Positions 1 to 15,267 of a DNA stretch of 64,000 nt are shown here, one piece after another (the first letter of the stretch is position 1; every line of letters starts with the position of its first letter). The position numbers were made by a program, and so were the translations under genes. The notes beneath the pieces were generated by a model. That model saw only the letters and a program-made list of their open reading frames with translations, made no database searches and was not told the origin of the DNA. This DNA comes from Eledone cirrhosa. Its lineage: Eukaryota. The stretch spans positions 130,324,001 through 130,388,000 of the forward strand of contig OZ024745.1 in the NCBI GenBank assembly GCA_964016885.1, read 5' to 3'.

Positions 1-343
1 CATCAATTCATTATTTCATAACGTATCATTCCCTGATCACGCCAATTTATTAAGTTACACCTCTGTTGGGAAAAACATAAACGTCACGGGCCCCAATCTA
101 AAATATCCACTTAATATATGAAGAAGGCTATACATGGTGGCACAATTCTCTAGAAACAGATGCCAAATATTACCCCAACAGAGTTTACTGACTTGACAAG
201 ATATACAAAATGAGAAAATGAATCTTAAGAAGCCCTGTACAAAGTATGAGGGAGAATGGCCGGAGGAGGAGGTATTTTGCATTTTACCACGACTTTCCGG
301 TTGGTGCACGGTGTATACATATATATATATATATATATATACT

Positions 344-405
<62 letters not shown>

Positions 406-781
406 AAATAAATTAACGGAGTAATAGACACCCGTTAGTCCCTGTAAATTATGCGTCTACCTCACCTTTCGTAGTTTATAGATTCCATACACTGGTGGTT
501 TTCCCGGTATATTGATAAACAGACACACACACACACACACACACGCACACACACACACACTCTCTCTCTCTCTCTCTCTCTCGTGTGTTATCTTTCCTAC
601 ATATTATATATATATATATATAAATGACCTTGTAATCTGAGCTCATTCTTCTTCGATGAATCCATACTCGATGGATACCTACTGCAAAAACTACTGGTCA
701 GACCACCTAATCTCGCCGTTACGATCTCTAACAATGTTATGAGTCCTACCAGAAACAGATGGAATACTATATATGTGTGTG

Positions 782-899
<118 letters not shown>

Positions 900-2500
900 G
901 GACGGGTGGGGTATAATGTTTGACTGTTTAATACAAACTTGACCTCATCAGTGTACATGATTCTGAGTCGTGGCTTGAGGAATTATGTGACATTTTAGAC
1001 CAAACATGCTTTTAAAAAGACGTTACACATGAATTGTACATTAGCTTTAACTGCCTATGTTATCTCATTGATGACCCTTCAAATATCTCATCAGACCTAT
1101 TTGAGATTTTCAGAACTTGAGACAAATAAGTCATTCGTAAGGGTCAACTAGTATGTTTTGTAGTCAGTAGGAGTTGACATATGTTCTGCTCTTATATAAC
1201 ATTTAATGTCCAACTTCTAACTGGCAGATTTTGCCACAAGCTGAACAAGTAGAGGTTCAATTAATTTTATATTCCTTTACTGGATCTTTTTGTTTTTGTT
1301 ATTTTCATCTCAACATTTACTTGTATTAGCTTCTCCTACTGAAATATTTTCACACTATCCCATATTTTTAACCGCCAGTTTCTTTAAAATTATAATCAAA
1401 CCAACGATATTACATACCAAATCAAATACCGAAATGAACAATTGCAGTCCGTGCACTGTTTGACCGAGATCACAATCCGCAGCATACAGTGGGTCTCTTT
1501 TATTGAGGTTAACACTTTACTCTTAAATTTCATCATTGTTAAATTAATGGCATTTTTCTGAGGTACGTTACCTTACATGTAACTCTTAATTCGTGTTTTA
1601 GAAAACATAATAGAGCAAATATATTGCAGAGATAGTAGATATATCAGGATCTCTCTTTTTCACACCATTTCCTACTCCAAAAACTTCAGACGATGTTTTT
1701 CCAATTTTACCTGTTACGCTGAAAAACATTTGCATCTCAATGTCTTCTTGACTCATAGAAATTAATTAATCTATTAGTCTACTGGAAGAGACTGCTGCTA
1801 TGAATCACTAGCCAGGCAAAGACCCTTTATTGTGTCGATCTTATCTAAATCTAATACGACAAAGTGCCCCCCCCCCCCCCCACAATCACACACACATTTA
1901 TTTGATATATCCTAATAAACTTAATTTCACCCCCAATCTGATCAAACCATATTTCATTTATCTATACTGTCACTTAACAGATTGGTACTATTAACTTCTT
2001 TTACTATTTAGTTAACTACAGTTTAATCCCTAAAATAGGATTATAACTGAACGGAGAGACTCTCATTTTTCTATGAACATTAATTTGAAGACCAAAAATG
2101 TGTAAAAAATGACACACATTTCTATTAATATTTGAGAAAGGCACTATGCTTTCTTAGACGAACATAAGAAGAAGCATTACCTAACGTTTAAATAAGAATG
2201 ATTTTTCCATATTTTGTGATCATATGATTGCTTTTCATGATGTTTCGAAGTAGGTTCCCAAATATATATGTATGTGTCTATGCAAGCATTGACGGGTGTA
2301 TGTTTATAGGAGATCTATTGTTAATGGAATGTTAAATAATGCTTTAAAATATAGAATTTACTTTGACATTTCTATTTTAATTAGATTCTCTTAACGTCAC
2401 CTACAAACCTTTATTATTAATTTACTTTTTTATCCTGAACGTTCAGAGATGTAATATCACCTTAGGCAATCGATGACAATATAGAGAAATTAAAACATTT

Positions 2501-2531
<31 letters not shown>

Positions 2532-2580
2532 CATACATATACATATATATACATATATATATATATACATATTTATACAC

Positions 2581-2652
<72 letters not shown>

Positions 2653-2719
2653 GTATATATATATATGAGTATATATACATATGTATATAAATATAGCTAT
2701 AAATATGTATATATATATT

Positions 2720-2824
<105 letters not shown>

Positions 2825-3075
2825 TTATATGTGTGTATGTATATATATATATTGAAATGTTTTAATTTATCTCTATTGTCATTAAAATATATATATATAT
2901 ACATGGAAAGTTATATTTAAATTGTTGGGTTAACAACGAGTAAATATTTATAACTGATATAAAAGCACTCAACAAGTATTTGGAGTATATTTATGATATT
3001 AAACCAAATGCAAGGTGATTGAAAGGTATGTCGTATCTATTTATTTATAAGACTGTTTATATTGTATTTTGTTTG

Positions 3076-3141
3076 TATTTTGTCTGAAGAAGGCATAACA
3101 TATTGTTAATATGATATCCCTGAAATATATATAACGAAATA
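3076..3141 (+). ncRNA. Minimal type I hammerhead ribozyme (PLE pLTR type)
   Basis: TATTTTGT-CTGAAGA-AGG...CCT-GAAA-TATATA-TA-ACGAAATA. Stem I pairs (one GU), stem II AGG/CCT, palindromic stem III, AUA triplet. Confidence 0.8.
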
Positions 3142-3178
3142 AATATGGTTTTATAAATATAGTTTCCATTTATTTAAT

Positions 3179-3213
<35 letters not shown>

Positions 3214-3257
3214 AGAAAAAATTTACGAAATGGAAATGCGGGTATATAGAATTTATT

Positions 3258-3374
3258 AGGTAACAATTGTTTCTATAGTGTATGAGTTACCTATACCTCG
3301 CTATTTGAATAATACACAAATATTATCAAAAACCGAAAGTACACTGTAAGCCAACACACCATGTCATCAGACCT
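3258..3374 (-). ncRNA. Type I hammerhead with long stem II
   Basis: Minus strand: AGGT-CTGATGA-C-ATGGTGTG...TACACTAT-A-GAAA-CAATTG-TT-ACCT. Stem I AGGT/ACCT, stem III ACAATTGT palindrome, C.A mismatch at base of stem II. Confidence 0.65.
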
Positions 3375-4106
3375 TTGTATTAGAATGATATGAAAATATT
3401 TTATACACTAGATAAAAGATAAAGAAGGAGGTAGGAAGAGAAGGGGAAGAGGGAAGTGAGTAAGGTGGAGGGAGTCTTAGGGTTTAAGACTGTCAGACTA
3501 GTAGAGATGGTGAAGAGAGAATGTTTTGGCAGCAGTTAGCTTAATGAGGCGTGCTAAGGTTGGCTGGGAAGTAGATACTTTTAGTGGTGTTGTTCGGACA
3601 AAATTTAGTTAGAGGGGTCAAAGTGGTACAATGTCACAGACAAGTTATTAGGGCTATTATAGTAGCAGGTTATTTCTAAAGGGGTCCAGAAAAACAGTGT
3701 TTAGTACTATTATTATAGAAAGTCATATCTAGTGTATAAACATATAAGACAGAAATTTGCAAACGTTGGTGTAAAAAGGTAACATTATATAGTATATATG
3801 CTCATGTGTGTGCATGCGTGCGTTTGTGTATATTTATGTATGCATATAAAAATATTCCATATGATATGACACATGAAAATGGAAAAAAGTATACGTATTA
3901 ATATAACTTAAAATATTTCTTAACCTATCTCCGTCCATAAATTTGGGAATGCATGCGTTATCCACACTCTTCTCATCTTAGAAATGATTAGAAGGACTAG
4001 TTAGAAAATACTGATTTTATACACGCTTCTACGACTCAGAGCTGTACCATGGACGCACGTGCTTACTGTTGTATGCACGAATATATAATATTAAGGTTTT
4101 ATACGA

Positions 4107-4847
<741 letters not shown>

Positions 4848-5088
4848 GGAAGACCCGGTGATTTCCTTCGGTTGAAATAGTTCTAGTCCTGCAGAAGCCA
4901 TTTCTATATTAACTTTTGTTATATTTATATATAAATTCGTCGCGGCGTCGATTTTCTCGATTCCACGAGAGAATATCCCTTTCTTTATTCCTGCCCGAGC
5001 ATATGTTCGCTGGCATCACACCAAGGAGGTAATACAATACTATTGGTATATCTACATACAAGCATAACTCCACCTCATAATTGTACGT

Positions 5089-5164
5089 GAATCTGATGAT
5101 ATCACATGGAGACTCTCAATTATATAACTATTACATAGACATGTCATTGAAATATATATTATAC
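5089..5164 (+). ncRNA. Degenerate hammerhead-like motif
   Basis: GAAT-CTGATGA-TATCACATG...CATGTCATT-GAAA-TATATA-TT-ATAC. Core intact, stems I and II imperfect. Confidence 0.45.
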
Positions 5165-5320
5165 AATATAACAATTATGTAAACGTAAGTACGACTTCAC
5201 AATATTGGGTAATGGAATCTCTGTAACACTTCTTAACCACCAATTCGCGGAGGAAACACTGCCGAGCAGAAGTGATTTACGTTACAATGTAACCTTCACA
5301 GTTAAGCACCATATATATAC

Positions 5321-5402
<82 letters not shown>

Positions 5403-5427
5403 ACGAAACATACATAATCCTTTTTTT

Positions 5428-5483
5428 ACTGCTATATATATTTCGGTGATAGCCATTGTATGGCTATAACCTCATCAGGCAGT
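5428..5483 (-). ncRNA. Minimal type I hammerhead ribozyme
   Basis: Minus: ACTGC-CTGATGA-GGTTATAGCCA-TACAA-TGGCTATCACC-GAAA-TATATA-TA-GCAGT. All three stems and the core are canonical. Confidence 0.9.
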
Positions 5484-6613
5484 TAGTCAGTTCTTAAATA
5501 TGCCAACTCTGTGTTTTTTGGTGTTGATGGTTTCAGAGCCTTGGGACATATGAGCTTGTTAGGGATAATTTAATGTTGTCAGCAGGAATATTCTTAATTC
5601 TCATTGGTCAGTTTGTAGATGCTAGTAGGGTTGGTATTTGACCTCAAAGAGGCAGGTGGTGTTGTAAAGTTCAAACCGTCAGGCAAGATGACAATAGTTC
5701 CATATTACTGATTTTCACAAAAAGCATTCCTGTTCAGATAGATATTCAATTAAGGTTAATAGTATGAAATAGATACTACAGGTCATTCTTAAATTGAGGA
5801 GTTTGTGTGGAGTGGTGCTACTGAAATTTATGGTTAGAGTCAAATACTTCGAAAGTTTACATATAAAAAGGCTTATGTTGGTTGACTTTTACATACACTC
5901 ACACCCACCCCCACAGACACACACACACATCTACACATACAAATCCATACAGATGTGTATATGTATGTACACACAAGTGCGTATATATATATACAAATGA
6001 GGCCCCCAAATCCAGGTATATGGCAGACATAAAACAAGGTGGTTATTATTTTTAATGAAAAGTAAAGTGGGTGTTTGGAAAGGTTATTGTTTAGACAAGA
6101 CAATAGTAGAGTGTGATATATATCTTCACAGCAATAGCTTAGGGGCTTTGGAGCTTAGGCGAATCCCTTAGAACAGACATATACAGGTACACGCACCCGC
6201 CCACACTTGTATACCTCTGGATGCGTGTGTATGTCTATATACACATGTGCATTCATACAAAAGGACATACACAAATATACTCTTAAGCATACACGCGAAC
6301 ATTTTTCAAATGCAACCTGGAGTATTAGTATTTCGTTGTGTTCACATAAGTGCGTACATTCACCTAATCCCAGTATATACACACAACGCACGATTGCGGG
6401 CATGCATTCATGCGTATAGGGTTAGTACCTTAGGATAATCGCCCTTCCTGTGTGGGCCGCTCCCGGGGGGAGGGGCGTTATCAGGTTCAAAAAACGTGGT
6501 TTTGCTGACTCCTAGCCAGTAGAGGAAACGGTGGGCAATCCACTCTGGGGACCAGGAACTATGGGTGGGTGTTGTTGCCCAATGGTCATTCGTACGGGGA
6601 GTAGGGGACCTAC

Positions 6614-6687
<74 letters not shown>

Positions 6688-6770
6688 GTATAGATATATA
6701 GATATATAAATATATCTATATATATATACAATATATTAAAAAATGGAAACTATATTTATAAAACCATATT

Positions 6771-6836
6771 TATTTCAATATACATATTTCAAGGGCCACC
6801 AAGGCAAACGATGGTGCGCTTTCATCAGATAAAATA
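6771..6836 (-). ncRNA. Minimal type I hammerhead ribozyme
   Basis: Minus: TATTTTAT-CTGATGA-AAG...CTT-GAAA-TATGTA-TA-TTGAAATA. Downstream tail matches that of the 3076 copy. Confidence 0.75.
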
Positions 6837-6843
6837 TTAACTC

Positions 6844-6879
<36 letters not shown>

Positions 6880-6948
6880 CAAAAGGGAAAAACTTGAACC
6901 GTTAAGATCTTCTTCCTGGTTATGTCAATATTTATGAAACAAACTTCG

Positions 6949-7013
6949 TATTTTATCTGATGAGGACGAACTAAAGTTTTGGTACGTACCCTTGAAAGAT
7001 GTATAATAGAATA
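6949..7013 (+). ncRNA. Minimal type I hammerhead ribozyme (stem III mismatch)
   Basis: TATTTTAT-CTGATGA-GG...CTT-GAAA-GATGTA-TA-ATAGAATA. Same family tail as the 3076 and 6771 copies. Confidence 0.7.
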
Positions 7014-7069
7014 AGTATGGTTTTATAAATAAAGTTTCCATTTCTTTAATATCATTGTATATATATATA

Positions 7070-7503
7070 CTTGGGGAGGGTCATATTTCTGTAATAATAT
7101 TGCCAGAATTAATAACAGAACACACTCACTGTTTGGTTGGTTTTCGCTTCTGTGTCCTTTATATCGGTTAATTTAATTTATTCGGTCCTCAATGTTGCCA
7201 TTGACTGACCAACGGTCAAAAATACAGATACAATATAGACACAAACACATATATATGTTAGACTATATATATGTGTTTGTGTCTATATTGTATCAATATT
7301 TTTGACCGTTGGTCAGTCAATGGTAACATTGAGGACCGAATAAATTAAATTAACCGATATAAAGGACACAGAAGCGAAAACCAACCAAACAGTGAGTGTG
7401 TTCTGTTATTAATTCTGGCAATATTATTACAGAAATATGACCCTCCCCAAGTATAACAATACTTGTTTCGACACACGATTTCATATCAAAAACCTCGCAA
7501 GAC
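7070..7503. mobile_element. Fold-back (inverted-repeat) element in (TA)n, second copy at 36921-37290
   Basis: Near-perfect inverted arms 7070-7256 and 7265-7451, plus a one-sided extension to about 7503. No convincing HHR core seen. Confidence 0.8.
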
Positions 7504-7557
7504 TATATATATATATCTATATACATATATATATAGAGAGATGTATACATATATATA

Positions 7558-7598
<41 letters not shown>

Positions 7599-8002
7599 GC
7601 ATGTGTGTGTGTGTGTGTAATGTTTGGTTTCATCTTTCTTCTTGTAATTTTCTCCAATACAAACCATAAATCTGAAGTAATTTATTCTTTAATTAACACC
7701 AGGAAGTGTTTTTTCCCTGTGTATCCCATTTCACTTTTTGTTTGGAGTTGGAGTGGGTTTCTTATAATGTATAATTGGAATATTTATAGCAAAATTACAC
7801 TTCGGGAATGAAATGCTGTATAGAATGAAATGTTGTGAAGATTAAAAACTAGTTCAAGTTACTCAAATTACGTGTGTAAATTTAGATTGCTTCTCGATTG
7901 TTTCTAAATATGCTTTGAAAAACATGAGATGGTCTTCATCTTGCGAGGTTTGGACAAACAGTTACGATGTGTTGGTGATGAATGCATCGCGCCCTCACAA
8001 TA

Positions 8003-8074
<72 letters not shown>

Positions 8075-8203
8075 TTCTGTTTTCTTCCCAACATTATTGC
8101 TGGTGGCTAGGGGCCTTGGAGTGCTGCACCATTTCTCATCTATTAGATGATATGTGTCAAATATAAGTACGGCAAGAGCTCACCTGTCGGACCTTGACTC
8201 TTT

Positions 8204-8333
<130 letters not shown>

Positions 8334-8371
8334 TTGTATGTGTGTGTATGTGTGTGTGTGTGTGTGTGTGT

Positions 8372-8578
8372 AAAGGCCTGTGGCTGATTGGTCAGAGAAC
8401 TGGATTCGCAATCGTGAGGTTGTCGGTTCGATTCCTGGACCGGGCGATGCGTTATGTCCTTGAGCAAGACACTTTATTTCACGTTGCTCCTTCTACCTGG
8501 AGTTGCGTCCGATAGATAGTATTAGCAATTGGAAAGACCAACGAAAACATTGTTTCCTCGATCCGATTTGACGAAAGT
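8372..8578 (+). mobile_element. tRNA-derived SINE family S2
   Basis: A box TGGCTGATTGG, B box GGTTCGATTCC, body GTCCTTGAGCAAGACACTTTATTTCACGTTGCT. The whole length, including tail, matches 22854-23053 in reverse. Confidence 0.8.
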
Positions 8579-8591
8579 TGATCGCAAAGGA

Positions 8592-8725
<134 letters not shown>

Positions 8726-9318
8726 CTGTCTGTTTATGTTCCGTAACGAAACGACGCATTAAAATACGTATCAACCATAAAATCGATGCCTTGTGTTTGA
8801 TACAATCACACATCATCAATATGCTATCGTAGTTCCAAAATCATAGATTGTTCCTCACCACTTTAACAAACTCCTCTCATCCAGTTTGTTGGTTCAGTAG
8901 CGCTGATCAAGTACTGACAGGCTGTATATATAAGATTAAATTCTGGCATGAGATATGTCGATCCGTAGCACGAGAGTTTTTGTTATTTGGACTGAATTCA
9001 TAACTAGAAAAAAAAAAGTGATTTCAAGATATTATACGACTAAAATAAATCTGATACCTTTTGTCGGGTAATTCCAGTGTTCTAGGAAACATTCGTACGA
9101 GCTTGAATAAAGATTTCTTCAATCAATGACATCAGAATAATGTCTAATTATTTAACATGGCTGATATCTATGACATTCTTATTGGCATAGCCTTTATAGC
9201 AATTAATTCTACTGCCTCCCACGCAAAACATACACCCATTCGTACTGATTGCCTATATGCCTGTGAATATTCTTTAGTGTGTGTGTATATATATATGTAT
9301 ATGTGAGTGTATGTGTGA

Positions 9319-9532
9319 ACGAAGGGGTGCTGAAAGGTTCCTAGCTTGATCGCTGCTACAGAGGCCTGGCTGGAAGTCCAACCTTTAGATTTCTTTTTAC
9401 AGGTCTTAGAAAAACTGAAGGACGGTTGCAATAAGTGTGTGAATCCGAGAGGGGAATATGTGGAATAAAATAAACTGAACCTCCTGTATTTTCTTTTACC
9501 CAGAGCAAAGGACTTCTCAGTACTCCCTGGTA
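9319..9532 (+). mobile_element. Internally deleted mariner-type DNA transposon
   Basis: Imperfect ~28-bp TIRs (ACGAAGGGGTGCTGAAAGGTTCCTAGCT / AGCAAAGGACTTCTCAGTACTCCCTGGTA). 9352-9468 reads AATEAWLEVQPLDFFLQVLEKLKDGCNKCVNPRGEYVE*, typical of mariner transposase C-termini. Confidence 0.75.
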
Positions 9533-10243
9533 TGTATATTTGTACTTATGTGTATGTATATATGCATTTATGTATGTGTATGTATGTATGCCTGCATAGC
9601 ATGCATGTATGTATGTATATGTATGTATGTGTATGTATGTATGTGTGTATATATATATGAATGTGTATGTATATATGTATACTTAAATGTACGCATGTAT
9701 GTATGATATACTTTAACCTACATCCATAAAATAAGGATAGTAACAGCATTTTATATCCAACTAGTTGAAACAAAAGTCATTTCAAAAATTGTGAAAAAAA
9801 TAACTTTTTTCTATTATTTGGGGCGATATATTATCGTGTAAAATGTTTTCTTTTGTTACCTATATTTTCCCCTTTATATTTTATTGGTTTGGATCATTTA
9901 AAATTTCTTTTTTTTATCAATTTTTTTAGGACTCTAGCTATTGTATTGATTCTCATTTTCGTTTTTTTTTTTTTTTTTTTTGTTTCATACTCAAAGAATA
10001 ACGGGAAATACCTAACTTTCCACCCTTCCACATCAGAGTAATTAATCTTCGTCATTTCCACCAAACTACATTGTATTTTTTCAGATTTTTAAGGCAGTTC
10101 TTTTATATTTTGTTTGCTTTCTACTTTTTCAAGAAAAATTAGGTCAAGCCTTACAGCTTTATCCTATTTTCAAAGATTTATCTTTCTTTTTCTATGAGAC
10201 AAATAGAATAAAATAAAATAAAAACCGTATAACTAATGTATAA

Positions 10244-10244
10244 A

Positions 10245-10296
<52 letters not shown>

Positions 10297-10356
10297 GCAT
10301 TACTACTACTACTACTAGCATTACTACTACTACTACTACTACTACCGCTACTACCG

Positions 10357-10414
<58 letters not shown>

Positions 10415-10449
10415 CGCTACTGCTGCTACTACTACTACCGCTACTACTG

Positions 10450-10488
<39 letters not shown>

Positions 10489-10841
10489 ATACTATTACTA
10501 TTGCTACCGCTACTACTACTACTACTACTGCTACCGCTACTACTACTACTACTACTGCTGTTGCTGCTACTACTACTACTATTGCTGCTGCTGTTGCTGG
10601 TGCTGCTACTATTACTACCACCACTACTACTACTACTACTGTTGCTGCTGCTGTTTCTGCTGCTACTACCACTACTACTACTGCTGCTGCTTCTGCTACT
10701 ACTACTACTGCTGGTACTACTACTGCTATTGCTACTACTGTTGCTGCTGCTATTACTACTACTGCTGCCGCTGCTGCTACTACTATTAGTACTAATACTA
10801 CTAATACTACTACTAATAATGATAATAATAACAATAATAAT
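10244..10841. repeat. Imperfect (ACT)n/(GCT)n/(AAT)n trinucleotide tract
   Basis: Seen directly. Continuous with the tail of the SINE at 10842-10939. Confidence 0.95.
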
Positions 10842-10939
10842 AATTGTTTCTACTTTTGGCACAAGGCCAGCAATTACTCAGTACATTACTGGTACTTTAT
10901 TTTATCGACCCCGAAAGGATGAAAGGCAAAGTTAACCTC
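10842..10939 (-). mobile_element. SINE family S1, 5'-truncated
   Basis: Reverse complement of GAGGTTAACTTTGCCTTTCATCCT..GGGGTCGATAAAATAAAGTACCAGTAA...GCCTTGTGCCAAAAGTAGAAACAATT. Confidence 0.85.
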
Positions 10940-11497
10940 TTATTGCGCAAAAGAGCGAGGAAATAGAAAGACGAAAAAAATGCAACGATAATAGTGATTC
11001 ATTGTTTTGCCAGCAGGGGTCACTTAACACAATATTGCAAACATTGTTTCGAACAGTGTTTTAAAAACTTTCCATACATGCATACAGACAGGAAATGTTT
11101 ATATTACGCAGATGTAGTAATAAAAGTGTAAATCCTATGATAACTCACACATAGGTGCAAACCGCCAAAATTCAATACTGACCACATTCTCCGTCAATAT
11201 GCCCCCCCCCCCCCTTTAGCTAGTGAAAATGGTTGGCTCAGAAAAACTCCCGAGTGTGTTTGGGGTGTCAAAGATTACCAGAAAGTGTCTGTCTTTCCTT
11301 GGTGGGTTAGATATGGCCCTACATATCCATGTCGAGCAGTTTATCTCTTATACTTCTACTCCTAGCCAGAGCGGACCATTCTCTGACTTTCTATTTGATT
11401 GTTTTCCTAAATTCTATTGCAGTTTGTTAAAAATCACCCGTCAAGTGATAGTTTTTATTCAAAGCAAATTAGATTCCATAATTTCCCAGAAGTACTA

Positions 11498-11570
<73 letters not shown>

Positions 11571-12190
11571 GTATATATATGTCAGGTCACCAGTTGGTGC
11601 TACTGGTAACATGTATTCCAGTACAACCTGTCCCATGGTCGGGTCGTTGGCGACTAAACTGGCAACCCCACCAAGGTTTCTTGGTGAGGAGGGTGACTTT
11701 GGACATCCTGCAGGACTAAAAACAAAACCTGTCAAAAGGCAAAGGAGCTCTTAAGAGTCAATGGCCATCCAAAATCACCGGGAGAGATGACCCCTTAGCC
11801 TTTGTCAAGGCAGAATTCTAGGAGAAGGAAAACTCTGATATAACACCTGCAACCCTGATGGTATCCAATGATGTTGACTTGTTCTTCTTTTTGGTAAATA
11901 TCATCTTGGTTAAGAGAGTGGGACTGGCTTTGTGCAGTGCCTTTGCTCACTATAAAAGCTTCACGGCACAGGCATTGCTTTATATCTGGAGATCTCTCTG
12001 CATTTGTCGTCACATGGTACCATGGGCCCAGCACTATGTGTCAATAATTGTCACAAGTGTAGTGTTTGTACCAGAGCTTTCAAGTCGCTGGCTGGACTAA
12101 AAAGTCACACTCGTTCAGCGCATCAGTAGGGGTTCTCCTACATGGATATAAAGTAGTGGCCGTACTCGAAAACGAGTTGGCAGCCACCAT

Positions 12191-12230
<40 letters not shown>

Positions 12231-12235
12231 ATGTT

Positions 12236-12293
<58 letters not shown>

Positions 12294-13850
12294 CGTAATA
12301 TCTATATATTGACGTCTTTGTAGGAGTGCCTCATGTTTCCATTTTAACTCCACTGTACAGGTCAGTTTACCACCAATGTTTCCTTATTTTTTTCTTTGTT
12401 GCAGAGCAGTAAATTAGACGAGAGCCGAAGTCATCCTTTCTCTGGTACTCACAGATATGTCATACGCCACATCCGTTCATTTAAATGTTGTCACGAAATG
12501 GCAAAGCGGCCTGATAAATCCATCTAGTCAAGTATTCCAGGAAATTATCTCCAAGCCCGCGACCGAACCTCCTCTGGAACACCCTAGCCAATTGACTTTT
12601 GTCGACAACCAAAGATTTTCCAAGGACCATCGCGTTTGCCCACCACTAATCTTCTATAGAATGACAAATTGAAGGTTCCAGCGATGCTGTATTCACTAGA
12701 CAGAATTTCTGTTGCTAAGCAAACCTAGTCAGTGTCCTACTGACCTAATACTTCAGTTCCTTGAAAGAAAAAAAGCTAGTAAAAAAAGCGTCTGGAAAGG
12801 GTGGCTAAACCTGATGATCGTCAAGGATAAACTTGAGATGTTGCAGTTTCAGCACCTGTCTGCGCATGAGCACCTTCATCATTTCTAGTCCTCTGTACAA
12901 CTGATGCTGACAGTAAATATATGGGTTGACCAGAAAAGTACATCAATTCCATCAATGAAACAGCTCAGGCTCCAGTAATATTTCAGGCGTGAACTGTAGC
13001 AAGGTACGACGACCAGACTGTATTATATGACCAAGATAATGTGGGCATTCGCCACCTCTGACCAGCCTGTCAAAGATAACTAACTCTAGGTCCACTTCCG
13101 TGAGAGAATGGCCACAATGCTCGTCACCTCATAATAATTTCTGGTCTACCAGCAGTAGTGAAATAACAAGGAATGATATGAAAAAGTTGGGGTTACCTTC
13201 GGTTATTAGTTTTGATCCTATATTCCCTAAAATAACCGACCCAAATCAACATCAAAGTTGGTTGACGTAAATAGTCGAATAACTATAATAATAGATTATT
13301 TTTTTCGCTATAATAATTATGTTGATAATGGAATAAATGTTATTCTCTTTTGTTATACAAATGTGCTGCCTAATATTAATTTTATTGTTGCATTTTGTTG
13401 CCGTTTTGATTATGAGAATGAAGATGAGAAGGATAATCGTGGTAGTGGTAGTGGTGACCACGATTATGCTGACGAGGCTAATAGCCTAGATAATTACCAT
13501 AATGATAATAATGATCGTGATTATAAAAATGTGAATATACTCCCCTATGTTCATCGCATACATTTTACTCGGTCAATAACCCGAGGTGAAGGAAATGCAA
13601 AAAGCTTATTGATTAAAATGTAGGCCATAAGAATCGATTCCTTTCAACTGCTAGATTCAAGTGTGTGTGTGTATGTGTTTACTATGTAGCGCAAAAAAGA
13701 ATGTTGCATGTTTGACTACAGTGAAAAATTTACATTTACATTTTTGATTTAAGTATTTATTTTTATAGTCAAATTTTTTTCAAGATAGTCTGAATTGTGA
13801 AAACATATCAATACAATGCATTAACCCCATGCATATCGATACACACACAC

Positions 13851-13895
<45 letters not shown>

Positions 13896-13939
13896 TGTAT
13901 ATTTATATATATATATATTTATATATATATATGAATGCA

Positions 13940-13989
<50 letters not shown>

Positions 13990-14036
13990 CATTTGTGAGA
14001 GTGTGTGTGAATTTGCCTGTGGCGGGATGTTAGTAT

Positions 14037-14150
<114 letters not shown>

Positions 14151-14827
14151 ATGTGTGTGTTCAATATATATTCATAGAGAAATTTTTCAAACATGGGTGT
14201 TATGAACATTGTCAGTCATACTCATGCAACAGCAACACAGGTGAAGTATCCTTAAATCAAGTGATGCTTAAACCTTTATAATGTGAATAAGGGTCTTGCA
14301 GTTGACCAATCACACTCTCTGTAGTCTCGAAAGAAGAATATGTCAATATCATTGACTATCATCGAGTCGCACATTTTACATATGAGGTTTCCTTCTTCTA
14401 ACATGCGTCCTAACAAGAACCAGGAGACCCCTTTTCCCTATGGGATAGCAGCGTGTTCAGATGAGAAATTGAGTATTTCCACGTCCCTGCTTATATATAT
14501 TTATAGAAAGATGAACAGACCTGCCTCAACACTTAATTTTAAATCTTTCATTTTTAATGCTTTTTAATTCTTTTTAATTGTAATTCTCAACATTTAATAA
14601 GATGGATTTCACTGTTACATCGCAACCGATTATATTATATATATTTTATATACATTATAGAAGTCTTTTTTTTTAAAGAATTGTCTCTCATATTTTCAAT
14701 AATGTCACTTTGCCGAATCAAAGAAGAAAAAAAAGAAAACACAACCTTAAATATATTTTCCGTGCTATTTCCAGTTACCACCCCCCTCTCTCTCTCTCCC
14801 CTCTCTCTCTCTCCAAATCTCTCTCTG

Positions 14828-14922
<95 letters not shown>

Positions 14923-15061
14923 AGTAATAATATATGTGAAGACTAAAATCCGAAATTCTGCGTCTACAGATTGATTTTTCTCAGTTTCAGAAGATCCGGT
15001 AAAAGGTTGAAACCAGCGATTCTTTGCTTAAACTTTAATCTGTACTTACAATAAATATATA

Positions 15062-15125
<64 letters not shown>

Positions 15126-15205
15126 CACACACACGCGTGTGTGCATACAAATATTTGTTTCTGTGCGTCAGTGTATGCATTATTGTTTGTGCGAGTGCAT
15201 GTATG

Positions 15206-15267
<62 letters not shown>

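Noticed and set aside
945-1095. Isolated CTGATGA motifs on the minus strand (also 12811 on the plus strand)
   Set aside because: No correctly placed GAAA or stems, so not called as hammerheads.
5794-5890. KYFESLHIKRL resembling a GIY-YIG C-terminal motif
   Set aside because: Too short, on the opposite strand to the neighbouring HHR, and with no upstream GIY or YIG motifs.
10178-10935. Poly-Thr/Ser/Val/Leu ORFs resembling a mucin or antifreeze protein
   Set aside because: Open in four frames because of the trinucleotide repeat, and the ORFs run into a SINE.
11580-13140. GC-richer stretch that may be transposon-derived
   Set aside because: No motif could be recognised with confidence in any frame, so it was left unclassified.
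13258-13623. 121-aa Asn/Asp-rich ORF
   Set aside because: Derived from degenerate (GAT/AAT)n low-complexity sequence with no splice or domain support.
14985-15030. CAGAAGA...GAAA motif in a repeat shared with 38160-38250
   Set aside because: The core has A at position 4 in both copies and stems I and III do not pair. A repeat, but not a supportable HHR.
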